Below, in pieces: positions 23,409 through 34,925 of a stretch of DNA of 64,000 nucleotides; positions within the stretch are counted from its first letter, which is position 1; each line of letters begins with the position of its first letter. A program made the position numbers and the translations under genes. The stretch comes from Macrostomum hystrix. Taxonomy: Eukaryota; Animalia; Platyhelminthes. The stretch spans positions 4,588,001 through 4,652,000 of the forward strand of contig CATNEN010000039.1 in NCBI GenBank assembly GCA_950097015.1, written 5' to 3'. Below the pieces are notes generated by a model, which worked only from the letters and a program-made list of their open reading frames with translations, was not told where the DNA came from and made no database searches.

Positions 23409-26400
23409 TTGCCCCGGAAGCTCAATCTTTCCATCCGAGTGAGAAGACAGCGCGGTCGTGGCTCACTTGTACTCCCACATAGTGTCGCACACAACAATTG
23501 GCGTTCTCAAGCGAACTCAAGCAGCCAAGGTGAGCCTTCTCAGGTTCCCATATCTGAGCAGTTGGAAGAAGAATGGGAGGACGAAGCAGCATTGCCGGCT
23601 CCGCAACAGCGAGACTGGGAGCAAGAAGTGCCCATTGATAGTTCTGTAAATGCTTCGTTTCTCCAACAGTTTACTCTTCAGCCATGCTGCCGGTGTTTGG
23701 AAATTTATGGTACAATGTTTTGTGTAACGTGCGCAAGACCGTTCTGTAAAGAATGTGCTGATGTAACGCATGGTAACTTTTTGGTGCATACATTTACCAT
23801 CTGGAATGTAAGTTTATAATTTTATAATTTGTTTTCTGTTATTCTTATACTTTGCATGTGACGCTCCAATATCGGGATTCGTGAACATTATACATTCTTC
23901 ATCATGTTATTGTATCTGTGGCTACGTGGATTGTAGATATGACCTTTCCTTCCAATTGCAAATGTCTGATGTGTGATGCAGTCTTTGCTTCCCCGAGTTC
24001 GAATCTCAACTTTTTGGCCGCTTAACCTGTACTACCATGTATTTTGTTTTCTGTGCAATGTGTACTGTATATTACACATACATCTCCTGGGGCCAATTTT
24101 ATAAAGCCTTGATCATAGATAAAAATATATGAAACCTTTGATTTTATCATGTGCCACTTTTATAAAGAAGTGATAGAAAATCTGTCCACTGCGGGCATCC
24201 TGCCAATGCAAATTATACTGACGAGACGTCTATGGGAGAACTTCCAAATTTGGGACTAAATAAAGTTCTTTCCATTCATACCCTTTTACGCACTGTTTGA
24301 TTAATTACCAACGCTGACTCAGTTTTCATCATGGCTTTATAAAATAGGATTTCAATCGATTGATAACTGGTGGGCCATCTGCGATTTTTAACCATAGGTT
24401 TTTTACCAAGGCGTTATAAAATTGGCCCCTGGAACTATAATTGAAACTTAATTGTACATTGTTCTATGTTTCAGGGAGAGATGTTCCAGGAGTCCGCTTG
24501 CGCGGACCCACCGGTTATTAACTGCTGCCAAAACGCCAGAAAACAGCTGGTGAATAACCCAACTGCCGAGGTGTACGACTGCTTTGGCCGTAAGATAACA
24601 TTAATTTGTGACGTTTGATGGTGCCGAGTATCTGCTATGCATTTACCTACCGAGTAGCCTTTGTGGTTATTAAAGCATTGTTCTATAATTTTCTAAAGTT
24701 GTATGGAGCAAAGTACTGTATTTCTATGCATGTTTAACTTGAATTGTAAATGACCAAGTTGCAACGAATTTCAGGCTGAAGCACCCATTAGATGCTTTCC
24801 GAAGCACTTCTGAGCTATGCCCTGATTTAAAATTGGCTGTCTTCAAATTCCAATTGAAAATTAGAACGACTAGGGCAGGTGCTGTGTGCAATTGGGGGAA
24901 GCAAATGTTGGAAATACTATCATTTGTGATTTACTCTCTGCTGGTGCGATTGGCTTGCTGAAACCCTGTCGCTTTCTAGGTCGCATTCCCGTGTCAGTTC
25001 ACCTGTGCTCACAGTGCACGATCACTGGAGCGATGCTATCAACAGGATACTTTCCCGCCACGAAAATTAGTTGTTTTACATTTGTTGACAAGAGGCTGCT
25101 GGACATGCTGGACTGTCTAACCTCGGACGGAAAGATGTCGCTTCTGCGAGCGGTGCGCTCCATACTGACGTCTGGTAATATTCCTGCAGCTAGTCAGTGC
25201 GTAAGTGAAAAGCAAATATTTTTATTCTTTTTTATATTTTTTTCTGTACAGACACTTAGTGCAATAAGAGAGGATATGCTTATATTTTCGAAGAATTTAC
25301 TTACCTACCTTGATTTGTGCTTATGAATGTTTACATTTAATTTTTATTTCTAGACATGGGTACAATTGTACGATTCACTGCGCCGGAACGGAGTACTTCA
25401 ACGCTACCGGCAACTGATTCGACAAGTGATTCCGTGGCCAACTGAGTGCCTGTTCTGTCCAAATGGAGTAAGTGCCTATATTAGAAACATGCCTTCCGGT
25501 TCCAAATTATTTTGGGAATCTTGAAAACTAAATTTTCATAAAATTCCTTGACTTTTTGAATTTGAACCCCTGTTGAACATTCAGGGTGACGCAGCTGCAT
25601 ACTTTTGTTCCAGAACACTCCTGGTTCAACGCCGTCAACGACATGCGTCTCAGCGGATGCTTGTTTTGGTTTGCGTCACAGGCGACGTGCTGGTGAGCAG
25701 CTCCACCCCTTGCCAACTGACGGCCGTCTCCCGGCACCTTTCGTCCATGTTCCCATTGAAAGTACGGAAGCAGCGGATGCAGTAGACGATGCAAGTTGTC
25801 CCAATTGGAGAGCTGGTGCAATAAATCGAAAAATCGCATCCCGAGCCCTCGATGTCAACGCCTTCTTCATGCTGTCATGCAGGCATTCCATTATCGTGGC
25901 ATGTGCAGACATCCGATCACCGGGAGAGCGTCTGATCTACGCAGAATCGTGTCTCCGTTACTTTATTGAGAAAGCCGGCGTGAACGGCATTGTAATATTC
26001 ATCTACGATGTCGCTTGCAAGATGATTCGTCGATTGCAACGAATCGCAATGGAATATCCGTTTGTTTCCATCATCCCAGCCGTCAATGTTTTTCATGCCT
26101 TCGCTCACAAGACATCCTGCCGGGTATAATATAATATATAATATATTCATATTATCGAATAAATGCTGTATATTTTTCTCTGGGCGTTGGGCCGTTCGTA
26201 CTATTTTTTCTTGTTATTATTTTAGCTGAAGAACTCCGTGCGATTTGTTGAAGGCTGTGGCCTCACTGACGGTGAACATAACGAACGACTGAACTCAGCG
26301 TTTCGACCATACGGACCACATCTCAAGGAAATGCGCATTGACCGTCGAACCTACACTCTGGCGCACTATGTTTGGCGTTCCAATGTTAACCATTTGCTTC

Positions 26401-29400
26401 AGAGCGGTGCGTGATATGCATTGTTACATATCTAATTAAGATCTATTATATTATATTATATCTATTATATCTATTATATTTATATAGATACATTAAATTG
26501 ATGCACTGTATATATCACGTAATAATAATAATAATAATAATAGTTACACTCCACGCCGACCACAGAAGTGGCCAAGAGGGGGGAGCGTCAAAACGCGCGT
26601 TTCAGTGCCAGGTCTCTGACGTGCTTCACGCCTGCCGCCTGGCTGGGTGCTCGGGCGTCTTCAAAAAGGCGGTCAATATAGCGGGCTGTACGTCCCTGGC
26701 CGCGCCTGCGCGGTCCCTGCGAGGTCCACAGCAGGACATCCTGCAGCGGCTCTGGGCAGTAGGCTTCGGCGCGGATGACATGCCCGGCCAGCCGCAGTCG
26801 CCGCTGACTCAGCAGGACAGAAGGCCGCGTTAGGCGCGCACGCTGGTACAGGGACTCGGTTGTCTCGCTGCCAGGGCCGCGGCGGGCGCCGAAAGCGGCG
26901 CGAACTAGGGCCGCATGCGCCGCGTCGAGCTGCGCCTCGAGCGCCCCGGTCATCGTCCAGGTCTCAGCATTGTACAAGAGGGCGGTCTCGACAACTGCCT
27001 GGAACAGCTGGGACCTGGCGCCGTTCGACAGGGCCTCGGAGAGTAGCACCGCCCGCACAGAACGGTAGGCGGCCCAGGCCTTGCCGCGTCGTCTCGCCAG
27101 GTCGTCGCCCACGTCAGGCACCAGTCCGCCGAGGTAGACGAACTGACGGCACTTCGGGAGCACGGTCCCGGGGCCGTCACCGTCTCTTAGTCGAATCTCG
27201 GCAGGTAGGTTTTGCGGCACCGTCAGCACCTCGGTCTTCATGGCGTTGATAGCGAGGCCGACCCTCGCCGCCGCCGCAGTCAGGCCATCCAGCAGCCGTT
27301 GGGCGCCTTCGGCCGTCGTAGACAGCAGGGCAAGGTCGTCCGCGTAGCCGAGGACAGACAACTTCTTCTCCGGGTGCCGTCGACTAGTGCGTCTTTGAAG
27401 CAGAAAACCGTCCTCTGCAGTCGGCAGGCCGGTCCTGAGCACCCAGTCCATCACCAGCACGAAAAGAAAAGGCGCCAGGGTGTCACCCTGCAGCACTCCG
27501 GAGGTAGTGCTGAACAGGTCCGACGGTCCGTCTGGCGTCGCTACCACAGCGGTGGTGTCCTGATACAGTGCCATGATGGCGGAGATCAGCTGCTGCGGTA
27601 TGTTGTAGGCACGGAGCACGTGAGGCAGCGCGCCGCGGGCCACCGAGTCGAAAGCTTTGAGAAAGTCAACAAAGATGACGACAAGGCTTGACTGGTGGAT
27701 GCGCGCCTCCTCGATGATGCGACGGAGGGCCAGGATCTGAGTCACCGTGCCGCGACGGGGCCGGAACCCATTCTGCTCGTACCGCAGAAACGAGTCCAGC
27801 ACAGGCTGTAACCGTGCTAACAGCACCCGGTTGAACAGCTTCGCGGCACAGGACATGAGCGAGATCCCGCGATGCTCCTCCTTCTTTGTAGTGCCCGGCT
27901 TCTTCGGGATGCCGACGATGGTGGCCTGGGTCCACTCGCGGGGCGCAGGGCCTCCCGCCAGGACGCCGTTCATCACGCGGGCCACCTCGGTGGCAACCCT
28001 TGTGACTCGCAGTGCCTCTACGGGGACCTCATCCGGACCGGGGGCGCGGCCTCCCGGTGCCCTGCGGGCGAATTCCACGATGTCGGTGCTGGTCACTGGA
28101 CTGGTGTCGAAGTCCTCCTGCCGCGGTAGCGCCACCTCGGGGGGCAGCGGCATCTCGTTCGGCAGAGTCGGCGGCGGCGCGTTGACAATGGCGGCGAAGA
28201 AGGTGCGCAGCTCGTTTCTGCGCTCCTCGGCAGTATCGCCAGCCAGGTTGAGCGCCGCTTTCGTTTTGCGACCGGTGAGGGCGTTCACAACGGGCCAGAC
28301 GACCCTGTTCTGCCGTTCAGGCCCGACAGAGGTGACAGCCCGGATCGCGTCGTCAACAGCGGCTTTCTGTCGACTTGCGTAGGCGTCTGCCAGGGCTTTC
28401 TCGGCATCGGATGTCGGTCGCCTGGCTCGCCGCAGCTGCTCGACAGTGCGGCGGGCCTCACGTACCTCCGGGTCGCTCGCCCAAACTGGAAGTTGCCGTG
28501 ACGCGGGTTCCATAAGCGGCAGAGTCTTGGCAGCGGCAGTGGCGATGGCTGAGCTAATTGTGCTGTAGTCCGGCGCCTGCGCTGATCCCAGGGCGGTCGA
28601 AAATATATCACGTAATTGTATTCCGTATCATTAATTACCACTACCAGTTTTCCACAGAATTTATTCGGCCTTCTTTTAAGATCCGTAATAACATAATATA
28701 TGTTTTCCATTATTCGCATCTAATTTCAGCTTCATGGTTGAAGGACAGACTGCGACTGTTGGACAAACACTCGGCATCTTTGAAAGATATATTGCACCAA
28801 TTACTTCCGGAAGGTGATTACTTACTCTTTAACTTAGATTCGGTTTGCCTTTGATTAGTCGAATCGATTAGATTAGCCATTACCGTGCGTCGAACTCGAA
28901 ACTGATTTTTTTCCAGGGCGTGATCCGCATCTAGTTTTGCAACAGGGGCAGCTGCATCTACAGGAGTACCTTGCTCAACAGGAAGCCTTACCGTTAACTC
29001 CGCTAGAGCGACTCCGTTGCGGTGCTGTTGAGCTGCGGCGTTTGTATTCGAAAATTCGCCAGTGCAGCTCACAAAAGGACGCCAGGGTGTACACATCAGA
29101 ACTTTCTGTCGTTGAGGGCGAGATGGCAGCAGTATGGTCCAAGGATCTGCCGGAATTTTCCAGGAGGCCTCTAGTGACTTACAAGAATCCTATGGCCGAG
29201 GTCTACGATGATGTATATGTAGATGAGCCGGCTGTCCAGTTTCATCGACGCGCCATTGAGGCTTCCGCTCTGCTTGCTCGAGTAAGTGAGGAGTGCAATT
29301 TAATCCGCGAAGAAGCCTCTCGTCTACAACTGCGCCTCAGTCAAGCGATCGCCTTGCTACATGGGAGGCCAGGATTATTTTCCAAATGTCGTTGCGCTCT

Positions 29401-29569
29401 TGAAGTTGTGCGGTCTCAATGTCTTCAGCTGAGTCCTCAAATCCATTCGTATTCCGTACTCAGTGATGCTAACAAGTCATCATCACATTCGCAAGCATCG
29501 GATGACTCTTCCGAGTATGCTTCTTCCGACTCATCGGCTAGAGGGGATGCTGCATATTTATCTGATTAA
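23409..29569 (+). CDS. KDZ (Kyakuja-Dileera-Zisupton) transposase with B-box-like and CxC Cys clusters; exons 23409-23807, 24475-24589, 24980-25200, 25354-25467, 25614-26123, 26226-26406, 28730-28813, 28917-29569 (~758 aa; start codon unresolved)
   Basis: All GT-AG, 2277 nt open frame; motifs GYFPAT, CLFCP, SADACFGLRHRRRAG, SCRH..D..GER, YDVAC, FHAFAH..SC, GCGLTDGEHNERLNS. Confidence 0.88.
24090..24428. mobile_element. PIF/Harbinger-like MITE (339 bp) in the first mapped intron of the transposase
   Basis: TIRs GGGCCAATTTTATAAAGCCTTG / CAAGGCGTTATAAAATTGGCCC; 3-bp TSD CTG at 24087-24089 and 24429-24431. Confidence 0.8.
26524..28602 (-). mobile_element. 5'-truncated non-LTR retrotransposon (RTE-like LINE) inside a transposase intron
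   Basis: (TAT)n 3' tail at ~26521-26542; TSD ATATATCACGTAAT at 26510-26523 and 28603-28616; sharp GC shift; no endonuclease domain. Confidence 0.9.
26588..28513 (-). CDS. LINE reverse transcriptase (truncated ORF; frame stays open up to the insertion edge)
   Basis: APGPDEV, RGISLMS, QNGFRPRR, FVDFLKAFDSV, GVLQGDTLAPFLF, YADD, FVYLG. Confidence 0.95.
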   Translation of the reverse strand: MEPASRQLPVWASDPEVREARRTVEQLRRARRPTSDAEKALADAYASRQKAAVDDAIRAVTSVGPERQNRVVWPVVNALTGRKTKAALNLAGDTAEERRNELRTFFAAIVNAPPPTLPNEMPLPPEVALPRQEDFDTSPVTSTDIVEFARRAPGGRAPGPDEVPVEALRVTRVATEVARVMNGVLAGGPAPREWTQATIVGIPKKPGTTKKEEHRGISLMSCAAKLFNRVLLARLQPVLDSFLRYEQNGFRPRRGTVTQILALRRIIEEARIHQSSLVVIFVDFLKAFDSVARGALPHVLRAYNIPQQLISAIMALYQDTTAVVATPDGPSDLFSTTSGVLQGDTLAPFLFVLVMDWVLRTGLPTAEDGFLLQRRTSRRHPEKKLSVLGYADDLALLSTTAEGAQRLLDGLTAAAARVGLAINAMKTEVLTVPQNLPAEIRLRDGDGPGTVLPKCRQFVYLGGLVPDVGDDLARRRGKAWAAYRSVRAVLLSEALSNGARSQLFQAVVETALLYNAETWTMTGALEAQLDAAHAALVRAAFGARRGPGSETTESLYQRARLTRPSVLLSQRRLRLAGHVIRAEAYCPEPLQDVLLWTSQGPRRRGQGRTARYIDRLFEDARAPSQAAGVKHVRDLALKRAF

Positions 29570-31559
29570 GGCATTTTTGCTATTTTGCTAGCAGATGACC
29601 ACAAGTGCCGCATTTTGTTCGAAATTTACTGACTGACTTCAACTTCAATGCCTCGGAAGTGCCGGATTTTAATACGCTGCCGAGAGGATCTATCTGTGTC
29701 AGCCAGCTTATTTCACAATAGTTTTAGTTTTCTCTGTTAAACAATATGTTGAATTTTCTGCCTAAAGTTGTTTTTACTGGTTGATTTATGCAAGTTTTGT
29801 TTTTATCTAGGACTTTTTTAGTAAGCGTTTAAGCTTTGATACAGCTAGACTTTCACTTGTGTTTCAAACTAAAACTTTTGTTCTGAAATGAATAAAGTTG
29901 CTTTACATTGTTTTTTCCCCACATTTACGTTATAATATAGTAACTGCGTCTGCGCTCCTGCGTCTGCGTTTCTGCTGCATGATGTGACTGAACCCCCAAA
30001 GTGCACTTTTCAAATTTCCTCCTCCAATGCAATTCACTGATTCAAATAAAACATTTGGGGTACTAGAAGATGTTGGCTAATTTGGGCTTCAAAAGGGGGC
30101 GCATCGCTAAGAAAGTTGGGCGGAGTGCAAAGAAAATCTGGTGTGAGTGCCACAAAGATGGGAGGGTTCACAGAAAATGACGGGGCTTGAGATTTCTAGA
30201 AAGCACGGTGCTAAATAAATCGGCAACCCAGAAGAAGGCGGACATGACCTTGCCGACTGTGCGCTGAACCTTGAACTTCCTAGGTGGTGCTTCGCCTGGT
30301 TGCCTCCACTCCATAGACTGGCTTTTGCTTTCGGGTCTGCTGTTTGTTTTTAAATCTAGAGCACCAAATTAACAGTCATTGAAAATAAACGAGGCATTTT
30401 TAAGAATGCTTTTTTATAACGGAATGTGAATGATTCATCTTTGAAATGTAAAGTCACGCAGCAGTCAATTCTGTCATATTAGCGTGATCGCGGATTTTAT
30501 TGGGATATCTATTTGCAGTAAAGTGAACTTATTACTGGATCTCAGGGCTGAGTTTGATGGCCTGCAGTGCAGCCACTCGGTCGGCTGGTGTTAGAGGACC
30601 CAACACCAGTGTTCCGACGGATCCGTGCTCCGCAGGCCAAGCTGAGCAGCATACACTATGCCGGTGCAGGGTGACGTCAGCACAAGTCATCAGATCTCTG
30701 GACGGCAGCCTCTCCGGGTAGTGCACGCCCATGGCGTATGGGCAGCTGCGGTGGCGGTCAACTTGTGAGCGACAAATGTGACAAGTGACATGACAAGTGA
30801 CATGCATGCTACAAAGCTTACATGTACAGTAAAAGTGGGAGACAAGTGTATAGGAGTGAATGTTCTACTGTTGTGAATAGTCAGATTTACATGTTTGCGC
30901 GTAGTATGGCTGACAGACTAGTAACTTAAAATTGTCAGTGCAATTGAAATTTTGATGTTGAAACGTAATTTTGTCCACTTGTAACTTGTCAACTCTAATG
31001 AAGCACTCCACAGGCCGCACCACACTCCATCTGGAATATATTATATATATATACATGTAGATATATATGGAATGGATCAGATTCAGCAACCAAGCCCCGG
31101 CAGGCTTCCATCAAACAGGTATATCATATACTGCAGTATATGATATACCTGGTTACCGATATATCGTCAGCTACAATGCTGTACAGTATAGCTTGAATTA
31201 CAGTACAGTATGCTCCAATGCGTTTCTGCAGTACAGTTTATTGTACATGCATTTTATTGATTCCGTTTTATCATTACTAATACGTTCACATACAGTATTG
31301 GAGAATGGGTTCGCGGGTTTTGCTCAGTGTTTTGGCAGCGTCTAACAATTAGCCGCGCGCACATCAAATGGAAGCCGCCCTCTCTCCCCTTCCTCGCTCT
31401 ATAAAGCTGTTTAGAACTCTTACAGTTACACACAAATTAATATATATACGCTCGCGTGGACTCGCACTTCTCTATTTGGCTAGCACGCCACAGCATTACA
31501 TTGTATATACTCAGCAAAAGCAAACCCCACACAAGACTCACGCCAGTCAGGAGACAATA

Positions 31560-31720
31560 TAATGTTATTGAAGTCAGTCGTGCTTCAGTAGCGTGTGGGA
31601 CCACCAGCCGGTTGATGAATTCTTGGGGCAGCTGCAGCTGCCAGGCATTCAGGACCGCCAGTCGCAATTGCTCAGCATTCTGCGGCGCATTGCGCGATGC
31701 ATCCTCCAGGACAGAGGTGC
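31560..31720 (-). pseudogene. Relic of a Tc1/mariner transposase C-terminus
   Basis: PQNAEQLRLAVLNAWQLQLPQEFINRLV resembles the Tc1 C-terminal P.N..EL...L...W..IPQ..I..LV motif; no intact ORF. Confidence 0.55.
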
Positions 31721-33491
31721 TAAAACCTATAACAGTGTTGAAATTGCAATGACTTCATCATCATCATCATCATCAAATGGTGCAGGATCATGGTCAACTG
31801 GGGGATAATTGTCCACTGGGGGTTCATTGTCAACTGGGGGATTGTAAGCGTTTGAAAAGCGCTTACATCGGTGCTCCTTTCAATCAGCGACCTTCATCTA
31901 CATTTCGACCCACCCAGCGCTCAAAATAGACCTGAGCGGGCCAGACCGGCTGACCTGACGGCCTGGAAAGCAATGACGCAGAGACCGAGAACCTATGCAC
32001 CCTATCAGCCTGCGAACTCGTGCCTAGAATGCTCGCGGCTGGTGTGTTGGTTTGGGGACCATGGCAACGCGGGGCAGAGATATAACTGCATGCTTGTGTG
32101 TTATCTGTTATATATATCTCTCTCTCTGACCCCCCCCTACTGCTAAACACTGTGCCTTATCGCTTGAATATAAAATACACAGCTTCGTAGATATGCTCCT
32201 GCACTGAAGCTTTGAGATGTGAGTCTCACACTCATAAAATTGTTGGCCTCTGTGGTCAGTACGAGTTCAAGTCTTTCTGTAAGTGTCGGCAGAAGGTAGC
32301 AGGCGGCAAGAAAACCTGCTATAGGGATCATTGTCAACTCGGGGATCATTGTCAATTGTGTGATCATTATAGCTTTAAAAAATCTGAAAATACCGCTGCT
32401 GAAAGGTATATATACTAGAGGAATTAAAACTATAGCTCGTATTTCTGCTCCCCTTCGGGGGGCAAAACTTGCTAGTCATTATATTCTCAAATGCATGCAG
32501 TCTTCCAATTATCTGATGGAATCGCAGCTGTACATTTACGATGCTGTGCAGTATAGCTTGAATTACATGTACAATATACATTGCAGCATAAATTTGAATA
32601 TTCCCAGAGATATTCAGTAATCAAATCAGATGGTCAGCGATCGAAAGAGCCACTGCACGAGCGAATACATGTCAATGGCAACCCCTAATGCCCTTACAGA
32701 GGGACCATTTTGGACATAATATGCATATCGATCAATTCGTCATCTCTCCATGAGACACAAAATGGGGATGCACTTGTGAGCAGGTTGATATGGTCACATG
32801 TACTTTGGACAGGCGAAACTGCATAGCCATACACTGTCTAAAAAACGGATCATCAAAATAGTATACTGTAGTTGACATTTAAGAGACTTAAATCGGGCAT
32901 CGCGGGTAATTCCCTTTCCCTAACCCTCACACCCCTCTACAGTATACTATATACATGTATACTATATACAGTAGTGTTGATTCCAATTTATGGTGTTGCC
33001 ATCAACTTCTTAATTCCAGCTGCCGTACCCTAACAAACAAGTACGGCGAAGTGTACGTGGCCATGTCCATTGTACATGTACATGTAGATAAGCTCATGCA
33101 ATGTCCTGCATGTACATGTACTGTTTATTTACTGCACCAGTACACGGGGTATTCAATGGACAGTTCCCCGCGGATAGTGCGTCCAGAAGGCATCGCCTTC
33201 CACAGCAGTATAAATGACTGCTGCAGTTAATGAGTTATAAAGCGCTAACAGCCTTCAATGGTCGGTCTTTTATTGACACTGAGTGCTGCAGTTGCACTCG
33301 GAGGGGCCTTGGCACATAATTTGGCCGTATTACCTTTCCTTTGCCCCAAAAGGAGCACGAAGTAGGGAGGCGTGAGGAACCGTCATCCGTTAAGAACATT
33401 CCTATTTGACTTTGAGTTCTTTACTTGCAAATCTGTAACTTTGAGACTCGACGGAATTGTCATAGGGGCGAAATTTATTATCAATGCAAGC

Positions 33492-33611
33492 ATTGACTTT
33501 CAGCCATAGAAATGACATTTCCGGAGTCCGCTGTCATTTCCGTAGGTGGGTGGGGTGGGAGGGAAGGGAAGGAAGGAATTCTGGTGTCTTTGTCTATGGC
33601 TGAAAGTCAAT
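33492..33611. repeat. Small inverted-repeat element (19-bp arms), possible MITE
   Basis: ATTGACTTTCAGCCATAGA (33492-33510) and TCTATGGCTGAAAGTCAAT (33593-33611). Confidence 0.55.
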
Positions 33612-34925
33612 CAGGAATCCTCCATTTGAGATCCACTTGGCCCAGTGCACATCCACTGATCCAGCAACTCTCACTGCTGCCCACAAACGAGCATGCAATT
33701 TGCGCAATAGATGTGGCTGAGCGCTGATGACTAGTTAAGCCCCCCCCACAGAGGGCACGTACCGAATAGGCAATTTACAGAGGTGTATTTTCTTAAGGAG
33801 CCGTCTTCAGTATTCAGGGGCGCTAACCTGCAGGCGGTGCCCTTCCTGGATGGGGAGGGGCACAGAATGCCTTTCTGAGGTAATCCGCCCAGCGTCTGAC
33901 TGTTAATGCTTGTGTGCAGTGCCACCACCAGTTGTTAAATTGCTTCTTACTTGCAATTTTATTCACGTGTACCAAAATAATAACTCTCACTGATTAAATT
34001 TCTCATTTGTTGATTATAAATTCGTTTGTTGAATGTAGTAAATAAGTAAGCTTAAATTAAAGCGACAGCAGAGGTTTTGAATTGACAGTGCTAATCTTCA
34101 CAAATTTGTCATTCTCATACAACAGAATTGCTACTTTGTCATCTTAAAATCTATCATTTAACAGTCATCAGTTTTGTTGACTGACAGTTAATTACACACT
34201 TTCTTGTATTTCATAGTCATTCCATGAGAGAGAGAACCGAATGCAAATGGCGTACTCGTACAGTCTTGGAGTAAAGCTACTTGTATACAAACGAAATGCG
34301 CTCTGCTACAACCAAACAGAAAAGCAAATGCAATGTTATCGCTATATGTTGGCAATTTCTTTAAAAAACAATATAAAAGATATTGCCAATAACCCGGATT
34401 GCTGGAAAACTCAAATGCAAAAAATAGATCAGCAAAAGGAAACGGCAACCAGAAGCAGCAAGTATGCCACCTAATTGAAAAAATGGTAGCAATGGTAGCA
34501 AAAAATAGCCGGGTATCTCAAGGGACGCGATATATTGTTAGGTAAAGACATATAAAGCATCACCATTGCTGCCTCGAATTGTTATTAGTGACTATACTGC
34601 CTACCATCAATACAACAATACACATACGGGAGGCGGAATGCGAAGTCATGAGACATCGTTTTCAGGGGCTGGTGCAGTGAGAGGCAGTTTTCAGTGGTAC
34701 CAGAAGTGGTTTCCCTAGGAACAGTTTACAAAGCCTTGCATTGGAACAGGTTTAAATTAAGGATTAAGTGCATTCACTTTTTAGTGGCTCGATCAATTGG
34801 GAGCAGGGGCACTCAGTCTTCAGTCACCTACCTGAGGGCACACAATCCGCCTGTATTTTGATATCGAAACTAAGCTGACACTAAACTAAAAACCAGGAAG
34901 AAAACTACCCTGCACAAACGTCAGC

